From an uncultured Aquiluna sp. (lineage in GTDB: Bacteria; Actinomycetota; Actinomycetes; Actinomycetales; Microbacteriaceae), in the NCBI GenBank assembly GCA_964468885.1, contig CAYXWU010000001.1, forward strand, positions 1 to 60,880: a stretch of 60,880 nt of DNA. The letters run 5' to 3'. The notes under the pieces are model-generated. The model did not search any database. It worked only from the letters and a program-made list of their open reading frames with translations, and had not been told where the DNA came from. Made by a program: the position numbers and the translations under genes. Numbering within the stretch: position 1 is the stretch's first letter; every line of letters starts with the position of its first letter. Positions 40,783 to 49,975 of the stretch are shown piece by piece.

Positions 40783-41619
40783 CTAACTGAGAATGTCTTT
40801 GGTTGTGAATCGGCCATAGGCCAAGGCCCCAAACACTGCAATCCAGCCCAACTGCAGAACGAAATTAGAGGCCAGAGATCCCCACTCAATTGGCACGCGC
40901 ATCAAGTCTGCGAAATCTAACCAGTAATAGGTGAACAACCATGGGTGCATCCATTCAAGCTGTGGGATGTTCCCAAGAATATTGCTGACTCCCGAAGTAA
41001 CCAGTGTTGCCGTCATTGCTCCAACTGGAACTGTGGTCAGGGTCGAAATAAACAGACCAACCGCCGCCATACCAGATAGCGATACCGTTGTGTAAAGAGC
41101 AACCAGGGCCATTCTGCCGAATGCCTCCACTATCGAGATGGTGTCACCAGAGAGCAGAGTCACTGGACCCACTGGGAACAAGATCGCTCCAATCGCTGCT
41201 CCAGCAATCATCAGCGTGAAAGTTCCAGCCAGGATAAAGACGAGGGTAGCCAGATACTTAACAACTAACAGTCTCACCCGATTTACAGGCGCAATCAGCA
41301 GATACCTGATTGTTCCAAGCCCAGCCTCACCAGCAATTGTGTCGCCCGCCACCACAGCAACCGTCAAGGGAAGAAATAGCGGTAGGGCCAGCAGCATTGC
41401 CGTGAAACCAGTAAAGAAACCATTTTGAGTCACCTGGGCCAAAAATGGCGGCCCCTCGCCAGGTGACAAGCGCTCCGATGAGAGGGCAACTGCTACTGCT
41501 AACAGAATTGGGATTAGCGCAATGGCAGCCAACATTGCCCAAGTCCTTCTTCTGGTGAACATCACCTTCAACTCAGAGGCCATTAGTCGAAGACCGAGGG
41601 ATTTAGCGAACAACTTCAA
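40783..41619 (-). CDS. ABC-2 type permease
   Basis: AGDTIAGEAGLGTIRYLL...R.RLLVVK; 6 TM. Confidence 0.88.
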   Translation of the reverse strand: MKLFAKSLGLRLMASELKVMFTRRRTWAMLAAIALIPILLAVAVALSSERLSPGEGPPFLAQVTQNGFFTGFTAMLLALPLFLPLTVAVVAGDTIAGEAGLGTIRYLLIAPVNRVRLLVVKYLATLVFILAGTFTLMIAGAAIGAILFPVGPVTLLSGDTISIVEAFGRMALVALYTTVSLSGMAAVGLFISTLTTVPVGAMTATLVTSGVSNILGNIPQLEWMHPWLFTYYWLDFADLMRVPIEWGSLASNFVLQLGWIAVFGALAYGRFTTKDILS

Positions 41620-42538
41620 ACCCCTCTCCAGTCAGCTTCACAAACTTCTCTTCTAGAGAAGACTTTTCGAGTCTTATCTCTCTGACTGGAAGGCCTTTTG
41701 AGACCAGCAGTTGATTCAGCGCCGCTACATCGAAGTCATTAGCCACTTCGGTTACCAGCTGATTGCCCCTAATTCGAACTTTGCCTAGCCCTTGCGACTT
41801 TAGGATTTCGACTGCCAAGTCGATGTCGTCGCTGCCAATAACCAATCGGGTAGGCTCCTCATTTCTTAGGTCTTCGAGAGAGCCCTGCGCAACAATTTGA
41901 CCTGCATTCATGACAGCCACATGGCTACACAGCATTTCTATTTCACTAAGAAGATGCGAAGAAACAAAAACTGTTATTCCCTCATCCGCTAAAGATCGAA
42001 TGAGGTTCCTGACTTCTCGAGTTCCTTGGGGGTCAAGTCCATTGGTTGGTTCATCCAAAATCAGAAGTTCTCTGGGCTTTAGTAAGGCGTTTGCCAAACC
42101 CAGTCGCTGCTTCATTCCCAGGGAGTAGGCGTGAACCTTCTTGTTGGCGGCATTTGCCAATCCAACTCGATTGAGTGCCGACTCAACGCGATTTTTGGTG
42201 GTGGCACTGTCTGCAAATCGATCTGCTGCGTCGATTCGCAGCAGATTATTGCGCCCTGACATAAATGGGTAGAAAGCAGGGCCCTCCACCAGCGCACCTA
42301 CCTTTGGTAGGACATTCTCGATGCGCTTTGGGACTTCCTGTCCGAGGATTTCAATCTTTCCACCGCTTGCCTCAGCCAGTCCTAGCAGCATTCGAATGGT
42401 GGTTGTCTTACCGGAGCCATTGGGACCCAAGAATCCGAAGACAGAACCCTTTGGAACAGAAAGATTTACTCCATCAACCGCCGCCTGATCACCAAAGCGC
42501 TTGGTGAGCTGGCTGGTCTTAATTGCCAGCTCGGTCAT
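41603..42538 (-). CDS. ABC exporter ATP-binding protein
   Basis: GPNGSGKT, YSLGMKQR, DEPTNGLDP, SSH. Confidence 0.92.
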   Translation of the reverse strand: MTELAIKTSQLTKRFGDQAAVDGVNLSVPKGSVFGFLGPNGSGKTTTIRMLLGLAEASGGKIEILGQEVPKRIENVLPKVGALVEGPAFYPFMSGRNNLLRIDAADRFADSATTKNRVESALNRVGLANAANKKVHAYSLGMKQRLGLANALLKPRELLILDEPTNGLDPQGTREVRNLIRSLADEGITVFVSSHLLSEIEMLCSHVAVMNAGQIVAQGSLEDLRNEEPTRLVIGSDDIDLAVEILKSQGLGKVRIRGNQLVTEVANDFDVAALNQLLVSKGLPVREIRLEKSSLEEKFVKLTGEGFEVVR

Positions 42539-42541
42539 GAA

Positions 42542-43711
42542 CTAATTGGCCAGTTTCTGCAGGTGCGAGAGGCTGACAGCACCAGCAAATACTCTTCCAT
42601 CACTTGCAATGAATACCTTCATGATTGGGGTTTCGAAGGCAACTCCACCAGCGACTGGCTTGAGCAGTGAGCTAAGAAGTTGGTTGTCCTGGATTTCTGC
42701 CAATAGGTTCATTTCACCCGCTGGCATCACAAGCACGCTGTCCCAATCTTTGCCAACCATGGTTGGCTGCTCGCCTTCATAGTCGGGCTTGTCAGATTCT
42801 GATACCTCTGGCTTTGCCATCTCATCAAGGTTAGTAATCGTTGCACCCGCAGGGGCAGCGAAGGTAAACAGTGACTCGTCCTGGTCTGCAAAGCTAATGC
42901 TCTCAAAGCTAACTTCCATTGCAGGCTCTGCCTGCTCCACAGAGTAAATTGCAGCAGCGAGTGGCACAGCTGTTTCAGAATCAATTGAAAGCACGACCGA
43001 ATCAATCAAAGAAACATCACTGTTTGGCTTGACGATGAGTTGGTAAGCGGTTCTTCCTGCTTTGAAGTGATCGGTTCCAACGCTAACTTCCGAGCTGTCA
43101 CCAATTTGGCTCATTACATAGTCAGCTACCGCTTGTGGATTGGTGAGATCTAGTCCCAGCTCAGCAGCATATTTTTCCATTTGCTGCATCGCACTCGCGC
43201 GACCTTGCTCAACTTTTTGCGCATCAATTGATGCAAATGTTGCAACCTGCTCACGTGAGTCATACGTCCAAATTTCGTTGGCATTGACAATTAAGTCTCT
43301 TTGCGACATCCGGTCAAGAATCTGAGCACGCATTCCAGTTTCACCAACGAAAATTCTGACCCTGTGCTCGCCGGTAATCAGCTCCATAGCCTTGGCTAGT
43401 TCTTGGGAGGCCGCTACTTCTGGGACAAAATCTGCAAACTCCTCGGGAGTTTTTTCGCGCATGCGCTCAACTTCTTCTTCGCTAAGCATCGAAGAAAGCT
43501 CAAGTGCAGGAAGACCTAGGTCGGTGGTTTTTAGAACAACACCGGAAAATTCAACAGGGTTAGCATCCTGCATCATGACCATAAGCTGTTGAGGGCTTAG
43601 GTCAGGAAGGTCCACCGCACTGGCCTGAATCGGGAATGCCGCTACGGCACCAATCACTGCAGGAGCAATTACGGCTGGCAACCAACGCTTAGAGATTCTC
43701 ATAGTCATCAC
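42542..43711 (-). CDS. Secreted LolA-like (DUF2092-type) protein
   Basis: Signal peptide, LPDLSPQQL, AGRTAYQL, IDSETAVPL, FTFAAPAGA; typical partner of this ABC pair. Confidence 0.75.
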   Translation of the reverse strand: MMTMRISKRWLPAVIAPAVIGAVAAFPIQASAVDLPDLSPQQLMVMMQDANPVEFSGVVLKTTDLGLPALELSSMLSEEEVERMREKTPEEFADFVPEVAASQELAKAMELITGEHRVRIFVGETGMRAQILDRMSQRDLIVNANEIWTYDSREQVATFASIDAQKVEQGRASAMQQMEKYAAELGLDLTNPQAVADYVMSQIGDSSEVSVGTDHFKAGRTAYQLIVKPNSDVSLIDSVVLSIDSETAVPLAAAIYSVEQAEPAMEVSFESISFADQDESLFTFAAPAGATITNLDEMAKPEVSESDKPDYEGEQPTMVGKDWDSVLVMPAGEMNLLAEIQDNQLLSSLLKPVAGGVAFETPIMKVFIASDGRVFAGAVSLSHLQKLAN

Positions 43712-43755
43712 CCTTCGCCTCTAATCTAAGGCTTTCAACTGGGTATTGACTGAGA

Positions 43756-43799
43756 GCCCCAGAGTTACTTGGGCATAATACCTAGTAAAACCCTGGGGC
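43756..43799 (-). terminator. Terminator-like hairpin downstream of the dehydrogenase gene
   Basis: Minus strand GCCCCAGGGTT...AACTCTGGGGC stem with further inner pairing; no clear U tract. Confidence 0.5.
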
Positions 43800-43807
43800 C
43801 TTAAGGG

Positions 43808-45100
43808 CTATTCCCAGTCCTCGTCGATGACGCTTGGATTCTCTGGGTTTCTATCCTGAACGCCATATGGTTGCTTATAGACAGTAGACATCAGATCCAA
43901 GAAGGCCTTGGCATCAAATTCTTCTGGTGCCATTACTCCCTTGCCTGACCAAACACCCTTCTCCAAAAGCTCTAATGCCACTACCGGCACCAAAGCTGTT
44001 TGCCAAACCACCGCTTGGGCATCAAACTCATCGGCTGTCCACTTGGTGTCAGCAACGTGATACAGGAATGTTGCTCTTGGATTGCCATCCTTACCCTTAC
44101 CAGTCACCAAAGTTCCAGCACAGGTTTTTCCAGTCATGCGGTCAACCAAGGAAGCTGGATCTGGCAGCACTGCTGCCACTACGTCACGTGGCGCAACCTC
44201 GGCTCGGCCAGAGCGAGAACGAACCCAAACTGGATTCACCTTGTCTAGTCCCAGTGCGTTCAAAGTTTTGAGAACGCTAATGAATTCTGAACCAAGTCCA
44301 TACTTGAAGGTCACACGTTTGGCATCCATAGTTCTTGGAAGCATGTTTACTTCCTCGTGCTCAACGTTTACGCACTTGATAGGACCAATGCCCTCTGGGA
44401 ATTCGAACAGCTCGGGTTCACTGAATGGGCGAGTGGTAAACCAGCCACGATCTTTTTCCCAAATTAGAGGTGGGTTTAGACACTCTTCAATCACAGTCCA
44501 GATCGAAAAGGATGGAGCAAAGATTTCTTCACCCTCATCGTTAGTTACAACCAGGTTTCCACCATCCAAAATTGAAATGTCATCAATTTCACTGAATAAG
44601 TGGTCAGCTGCATAGCGAGCGAAGATGTTAGAAATACCAGGCTCAGCTCCAATTCCAATCAGAGCGAGTAGGCCAGCTTTCTTGAAGTCTTCGTGCTTGT
44701 CGTACTGCCAGTCACCAAGCTTTTCGGCTGGTTTATTGAATGGATCTTCTGGGTGAGCGTGACTTAGGCTCATCGCCATGTCGAGATAGTTCACCCCAGC
44801 ATCCAAAGCAGCCTGGAAAATCGACTGCACAAACTTCGGCTCAACGGCGTTCAGGATGTAATCGACCTTATGTTTTTTCGCCAGCTCAACAACCAGTGAT
44901 GGTTCACTGGCATCAATTTGAGCTGCCTCAAATTTGCCGGCAATTTCTCCCGGGTGCCATTTCTTCACCCAGTCGACAGTTTTTTGAGCTCTTTCCAACG
45001 AGTAGTCAGAAACAACCATTTTTTCGAAGAAGTTACGTTCTGCGGCAATCTTGACGATAGCGTCGCCAACACCGCCTGCTCCAATGAGCAAGATTCGCAT
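43808..45100 (-). CDS. Saccharopine dehydrogenase family (carboxyspermidine dehydrogenase-like)
   Basis: IGAGGVG Rossmann, NYLDMA, GAEPG, VEHEEV, GKTCAG, PEEFD. Confidence 0.82.
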   Translation of the reverse strand: MRILLIGAGGVGDAIVKIAAERNFFEKMVVSDYSLERAQKTVDWVKKWHPGEIAGKFEAAQIDASEPSLVVELAKKHKVDYILNAVEPKFVQSIFQAALDAGVNYLDMAMSLSHAHPEDPFNKPAEKLGDWQYDKHEDFKKAGLLALIGIGAEPGISNIFARYAADHLFSEIDDISILDGGNLVVTNDEGEEIFAPSFSIWTVIEECLNPPLIWEKDRGWFTTRPFSEPELFEFPEGIGPIKCVNVEHEEVNMLPRTMDAKRVTFKYGLGSEFISVLKTLNALGLDKVNPVWVRSRSGRAEVAPRDVVAAVLPDPASLVDRMTGKTCAGTLVTGKGKDGNPRATFLYHVADTKWTADEFDAQAVVWQTALVPVVALELLEKGVWSGKGVMAPEEFDAKAFLDLMSTVYKQPYGVQDRNPENPSVIDEDWE

Positions 45101-45256
45101 TGTTATTCACAACCAAACAAGTGACCGATTTCTTGGATGGGCCCAGTCTTCGCCCTCATTCCCCGATAGGCACAAGCCTCTTTGGCGTCACAGCTAGTAA
45201 CTGTGCCTTCACCTTGGGAACTACCTGACCATTATCACTTAGGAAATGGACTTTGG
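45101..45256 (-). promoter_or_regulatory. Candidate structured 5' leader of the dehydrogenase gene
   Basis: Nested stems AAGTGAT/GTCACTT, GGTCAG/CTGGGCC, TTCCC/GGGAA, AGGCAC/GTGCCT plus two short apical hairpins. Confidence 0.5.
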
Positions 45257-46054
45257 CTAGTCGGCAAGCTGACGAATCGGCACAACTACAGGGGTTTTTG
45301 CCACTGGATCTTCAATAACTCTGGCCAAAATGTTGAAACCATCTGCCAAATTAGAAGGGGTGATTACATCCTTGGGAGTCCCCTGAGAAATCACTTTTCC
45401 ATCCTTTAGAACTACTACCCAGTCCGCAAATCTTGCAGCCAGATTCAAGTCGTGGATAACTGTGATTATCGTCATCTTCTTTTCACGCTTTAGGGTCGAT
45501 AGCAGGTTAATTACTTGTAATTGGTGTGAGTAGTCCAGGGAGTTGGTTGGTTCATCTAGCAGCAATACCTGCGGATCCTTAACTAGCGCTGCCGCAATAA
45601 CTGCAACTTGTCGCCAACCGGAAGAAAGCTCACCAATCTTCTTTCTTCTTAGCCCGTCCAGTCCCGTTCTGACCAAGATGTCATCAATCTGTATTTTGAG
45701 TCTTGGGCTGACTCTGCTTATTTGATTTGCCAACATTGCGCTTCGCGAGACGAGGTCATAGACAGTCTCACTGTTTCTGGTGGCGGGAATTGTGCCGAGG
45801 AAGCCAATCGCTCCTTCCACGTTTGCCTTACTCAAAGAGCTGATTGAAACGCCATCAAGTAAAACCGAACCACCCGATACTTTGATTTTTCGAGCTAACG
45901 CCTTAAGCAGAGCGCTCTTTCCAGCACCGTTTGCCCCAACCACCGCTGTGATACTGGCGGGGGCAAAATCCAAGTCCAGATTTTTGATTACGTCATCCGC
46001 TGCATAGCCGGCATTGAGAGCTTGGGCAGCAAGCTTGGACTCGGCTTCATACAT
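45257..46054 (-). CDS. Orphan FepC/FhuC-like ABC ATPase
   Basis: GANGAGKS, LLLDEPT, IHDLNLAARF; atypical signature LSSGW; start moved to ATG 46054. Confidence 0.8.
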   Translation of the reverse strand: MYEAESKLAAQALNAGYAADDVIKNLDLDFAPASITAVVGANGAGKSALLKALARKIKVSGGSVLLDGVSISSLSKANVEGAIGFLGTIPATRNSETVYDLVSRSAMLANQISRVSPRLKIQIDDILVRTGLDGLRRKKIGELSSGWRQVAVIAAALVKDPQVLLLDEPTNSLDYSHQLQVINLLSTLKREKKMTIITVIHDLNLAARFADWVVVLKDGKVISQGTPKDVITPSNLADGFNILARVIEDPVAKTPVVVPIRQLAD

Positions 46055-46064
46055 AACTGAAAGC

Positions 46065-47525
46065 TTAGAACTTGCCAGTCGCCTCAACCGCTTGCAACCA
46101 TCGGCTATAGGAGTTTGAACGGTCACTTTGCGGTTCAAACTGCTCAGCGGCTGGGTTCAGCTCACGAAGCTGGTCTAGTGATGACCAGACACCACTGCCA
46201 AGTCCCGCTAAAAGTCCAGCACCAAGACCAGTTGACTCTAGGTTTTTGGCTCTAACAACTTGGGCGCCAAGTAGATCAGCTTGAATTTGTAAAAGTAGAG
46301 AGTTCGCCGCTGCGCCACCATCAACCCGCAAGAGTTCAACTTGTTTACCAGAATCTTCACTCATTGCATTGACCACTGCAAAAACTTGGAATGCAATGGC
46401 CTCAAGCGTTGCGTAAGCAATGTTGGCTTTGGAAGTGCCTCTAGTTATTCCAAGCAGACTGCCGCGAATTTCGGAATTCCAAAACGGTGCGCCTAACCCC
46501 GTAAGTGCTGGAACAAACACCACACCATCACTGGATCCAGCTGATAGCGCAAGCTGCTCAACCTCAGGTGATTTCGAGATAACTCCTAGCTGATCTCTAA
46601 GCCACTGCACTGCTGCACCCGCAACAAATACCGAACCTTCCGAAGCGTAAGTAACTTCACCAGTTGGTGACTTCCATGCAACAGTTGCTAGTAGGCCCCG
46701 GTTGCTAATCACTATCTTGTCTTTGGTGTTGGTAAGGATAAAAGCACCGGTGCCGTATGTGCACTTAGATGCACCTTCATCAAAGCCAGTTTGACCAAAC
46801 AACGCAGCCTGCTGATCGCCCGCCATACCGGTGATTGGGGCACTGATTCCTAGGAAGCTACTTGGATCTGCTTCAGCTAAATCACCCCAGCATGCAACGA
46901 TTTCGGGAAGAGCAATTCGAGGGATTTCAAAAGCGGCGAGCAGCTGCTCATCCCACTGACAGCTCACTAAATCCATTAGCTGGGTCCTGGATGCATTAGA
47001 TGCATCGGTGATGTGGTGTTTTCCACCGGAGAGTCGAGCTACCAAATAGCTATCAATTGTTCCGAGTGCATATTTTCCGTTCTCAACTCCGGACCAAATT
47101 TCAGGATGGTTGCGCTTCCACCACAAGAACTTGCTGGCGGTAAAGTAAGGGTCAATATTCAGACCGGTCTTCTTGCGAATCCAATCACCTTGGTTTTTTG
47201 CAGTCAGCTCTTCTGTGAAGACTGAAGTTCTTCTGTCTTGCCAAACAATTGCTCTAGTTGGCGAAGTTAGAGTCTGTCGATCCCAGATCACAGCGGTCTC
47301 GCGTTGGTTGGTGATGCCAATGCAACTGATGCTTTGGTCGGCTCCCGCTTGTTTGACGGCCGATAATGTGGCCTGCCAAATTTGCTCAGGGTCATGCTCG
47401 ACCCAACCAGGCTGGGGAAAATGCTGCTCGAACTCGCTGTAACCACGGGAGGCTATTTGCCCAGCTTTGTCTATGACTAATGCCGTGACACCGGTGGTGC
47501 CTGCATCGATAGCGAGAATCGACAT
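46065..47525 (-). CDS. glpK: Glycerol kinase
   Basis: IDAGTTG, GITNQRET, TDASNASRT, GDQQAALFGQ, KCTYGTG; AGGAGG SD. Confidence 0.96.
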   Translation of the reverse strand: MSILAIDAGTTGVTALVIDKAGQIASRGYSEFEQHFPQPGWVEHDPEQIWQATLSAVKQAGADQSISCIGITNQRETAVIWDRQTLTSPTRAIVWQDRRTSVFTEELTAKNQGDWIRKKTGLNIDPYFTASKFLWWKRNHPEIWSGVENGKYALGTIDSYLVARLSGGKHHITDASNASRTQLMDLVSCQWDEQLLAAFEIPRIALPEIVACWGDLAEADPSSFLGISAPITGMAGDQQAALFGQTGFDEGASKCTYGTGAFILTNTKDKIVISNRGLLATVAWKSPTGEVTYASEGSVFVAGAAVQWLRDQLGVISKSPEVEQLALSAGSSDGVVFVPALTGLGAPFWNSEIRGSLLGITRGTSKANIAYATLEAIAFQVFAVVNAMSEDSGKQVELLRVDGGAAANSLLLQIQADLLGAQVVRAKNLESTGLGAGLLAGLGSGVWSSLDQLRELNPAAEQFEPQSDRSNSYSRWLQAVEATGKF

Positions 47526-47582
47526 CAATTTCCTCCTTGAAATTGGCGCTGAGGCCTAGAAATCTGGAATTATGCTTGCACT

Positions 47583-49097
47583 GTGACCAATCAAAATCAA
47601 TCTGAAACGAACAAATTCGAACAGTTTGATGTTGCCATAATCGGGGCAGGCATAAATGGGGCGGTTGCAGCCGCCGCCCTCTCAGCCGCGGGGCTCAAGG
47701 TCCTATTGGTCGATAAGGGTGATTTTGCAGGATTCACCTCCCAGGAGTCTTCCAACCTGGTGTGGGGCGGGATCAAGTATCTGCAAAGTTATGAGTTCTG
47801 GTTGGTCTTCAAACTCTGCCTCGCACGTAACCGAATGATGCGGGCATATCCAAATCGAATCAGACAAATCGGTTTTTTGGCTTCACTTGGCCCAACGGCT
47901 CCCTTTGGTCGACTGCTTGGCACTTTCGGAACACTTTTTTACTGGGCAATTGGTCTTTTGGGAACTAAGCCACCAGTTTCTTATTCAGCTAGGCGAGCGA
48001 AGAAATTAGAACCTAATCTGATTACTGGACGCAAAGCAGTTAAGTACTATGACGCGGAGTTGCCAGACAATGACTCAAGATTTGTTTTTGATTTTGTAAA
48101 GCAGGCCACTGTAAAGGGTGCGGATACTCGCAACTACACAGAGGTTGTATCGGCCCAGCTGTCTGACCAGTGGAAACTGACCTTGAAATCCCACACAGGC
48201 ACAAGTGATGTCATGGCGAAAACTGTAATCAATGCTGCTGGACCTTTTGCCGCTGATGTTTCTCAGATGCTTGGTGCAGAAACCAAAGCAAGCCTGGTTT
48301 TCTCAAAAGGTGTGCATTTTGTATTGAACAGAAAACTAACCGACAAGTATCAGGTATTGGCTTTTTGGGATGAGCAGGGGCGCCTGTTCTATGTTTTGCC
48401 GATGGGCGACCGCAGCATGGTTGGAACGACCGACACGCGAGTTGACGATCCCCACACCTCGGTAACAGATGAAGATATTGATTTTGTTTTGAGACAGATA
48501 AACGCTCAGATGGAGCTCCAGACGCCAATCACCAAAAATCAAATTGTCTCGGCCCGCTGTGGAGTGAGACCGCTCGTCATTGAAAGTGCAGGGGAGGGAA
48601 AGATTGCCGATTGGCATCAACTCTCTCGAAAGCATGTTATTGAAGGCAACAAAGAGCGCAAAGTTGTAACCATTCTTGGTGGCAAACTAACTGACTGCCT
48701 AAATGTGGGAGAAGAGCTGGTTGGAGAGCTAAACAGATTTGGCCTAAAGGTAAAGGTTCCGGGTCGCTGGTTTGGGGAGGGGAATCAAAGTCGCAAAGAC
48801 GAGTTCTTTGACCTAGTGCGACAAACTGCCACGCAGACCCCAAACCTGATCGCTGATGGCCTTTGGCGCAGGCACGGCGAGAAGGCCTTTGAAATTATTG
48901 GTCAAGCTCCTTTGACTGACTTGATTCCAGGACTTGGCATTACTGAACATGAAATTCGTCACATCGTTTCGACTGAAAAAGTTGTGAAAAGAGAGGACCT
49001 GCTGCGCAGACGTCTTCCAATCAGCATGGCTCGATCTGATGCTGAATTAGCTAGCAATCAGGATCTACAGAAGCTACTCGTGGAGTTGGGTCTGTAG
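47583..49097 (+). CDS. glpD: FAD-dependent glycerol-3-phosphate dehydrogenase
   Basis: IGAGING, SSNLVWGGIKYL, KGVH, GTTD, GVRP, GGKLT; divergent from glpK. Confidence 0.88.
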   Translation: MTNQNQSETNKFEQFDVAIIGAGINGAVAAAALSAAGLKVLLVDKGDFAGFTSQESSNLVWGGIKYLQSYEFWLVFKLCLARNRMMRAYPNRIRQIGFLASLGPTAPFGRLLGTFGTLFYWAIGLLGTKPPVSYSARRAKKLEPNLITGRKAVKYYDAELPDNDSRFVFDFVKQATVKGADTRNYTEVVSAQLSDQWKLTLKSHTGTSDVMAKTVINAAGPFAADVSQMLGAETKASLVFSKGVHFVLNRKLTDKYQVLAFWDEQGRLFYVLPMGDRSMVGTTDTRVDDPHTSVTDEDIDFVLRQINAQMELQTPITKNQIVSARCGVRPLVIESAGEGKIADWHQLSRKHVIEGNKERKVVTILGGKLTDCLNVGEELVGELNRFGLKVKVPGRWFGEGNQSRKDEFFDLVRQTATQTPNLIADGLWRRHGEKAFEIIGQAPLTDLIPGLGITEHEIRHIVSTEKVVKREDLLRRRLPISMARSDAELASNQDLQKLLVELGL

Positions 49098-49961
49098 CGG
49101 AACAGGCTCTTTTTTGCTTGGCCACTCAACAATCAACATGGCCGCAAACATCAGCCCGCCGCCCATCACCATCGCGAAAGTCACCGGTTCTTGGCCAACA
49201 GCAACGGCAACCAGAGCTGTGAAAATCACCTCGGAAGTAATAATGAGTGCTACGCGCGCAGGATCAATCAAGGTTTGCGCCCAGGTCTGAACCCAAAAAG
49301 CAATCACGGTTGAGAGAAGCGCTGTGAAGAAAAGAGCAAACCAAACATCTGTGTTTGGTGGAGACTGGTATCCATCGACTAGTGCAAATCCCCAAGTAAC
49401 CACTGCCATCCATCCAATTTGCAACATGGCGAAGCGGTAGGCAGATCTGCCTTTACCATGCTTACCAAGCAAAAGTATGTGAACTGCGTAGAAAACCGCA
49501 CAGGCAACAAGCCAAAGCTGTCCTACTTGGAATTCGACATCTGTTGCGGCGCCAGAAAAGATTGCAAGTCCTCCCATTGCCACAACTACTCCAACAATCA
49601 CTCTTTTCGCAACACTTTGGCGCATAAAAACCCATGCCAACAAGGGCGTGAAGACAACATATAGACCAGTCAAAAAGCCACTAGTTGCAGCGGTGGTTAG
49701 TTCAAGGCCAATGGTTTGAGTGATGTATCCCAGTGCGAGAACCACACCCAAAAGAGCACCATAACTTACATCTCCTTTTTCAAATTTCGTGGAGACTTTG
49801 GGTCTAAGAAGCAACATTGCCAAAAAAGCAATCGTGAATCTTGTTGCTAGGAAATCCATGTATGGCTGTTGCTTGATGGCATCCTTCATCAGAACAAATG
49901 CGGCACCCCAGACAAAGCCAACGCCTAGCAGAGCAATTACTGCTAGGCGTATTTTGGTCAT
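49074..49961 (-). CDS. EamA/DMT transporter
   Basis: WGxxF, two EamA repeats, 10 TM. Confidence 0.9.
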   Translation of the reverse strand: MTKIRLAVIALLGVGFVWGAAFVLMKDAIKQQPYMDFLATRFTIAFLAMLLLRPKVSTKFEKGDVSYGALLGVVLALGYITQTIGLELTTAATSGFLTGLYVVFTPLLAWVFMRQSVAKRVIVGVVVAMGGLAIFSGAATDVEFQVGQLWLVACAVFYAVHILLLGKHGKGRSAYRFAMLQIGWMAVVTWGFALVDGYQSPPNTDVWFALFFTALLSTVIAFWVQTWAQTLIDPARVALIITSEVIFTALVAVAVGQEPVTFAMVMGGGLMFAAMLIVEWPSKKEPVPLQTQLHE

Positions 49962-49975
49962 TTGCCAAGACTAGC

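Noticed and set aside
45101-45256. SAM-IV/SAM-I riboswitch (GGTCA...GAAGAC resembles P1 ends)
   Set aside because: No recognisable GAG and GCAACC ligand-core elements in the right positions; kept only as an unclassified leader.
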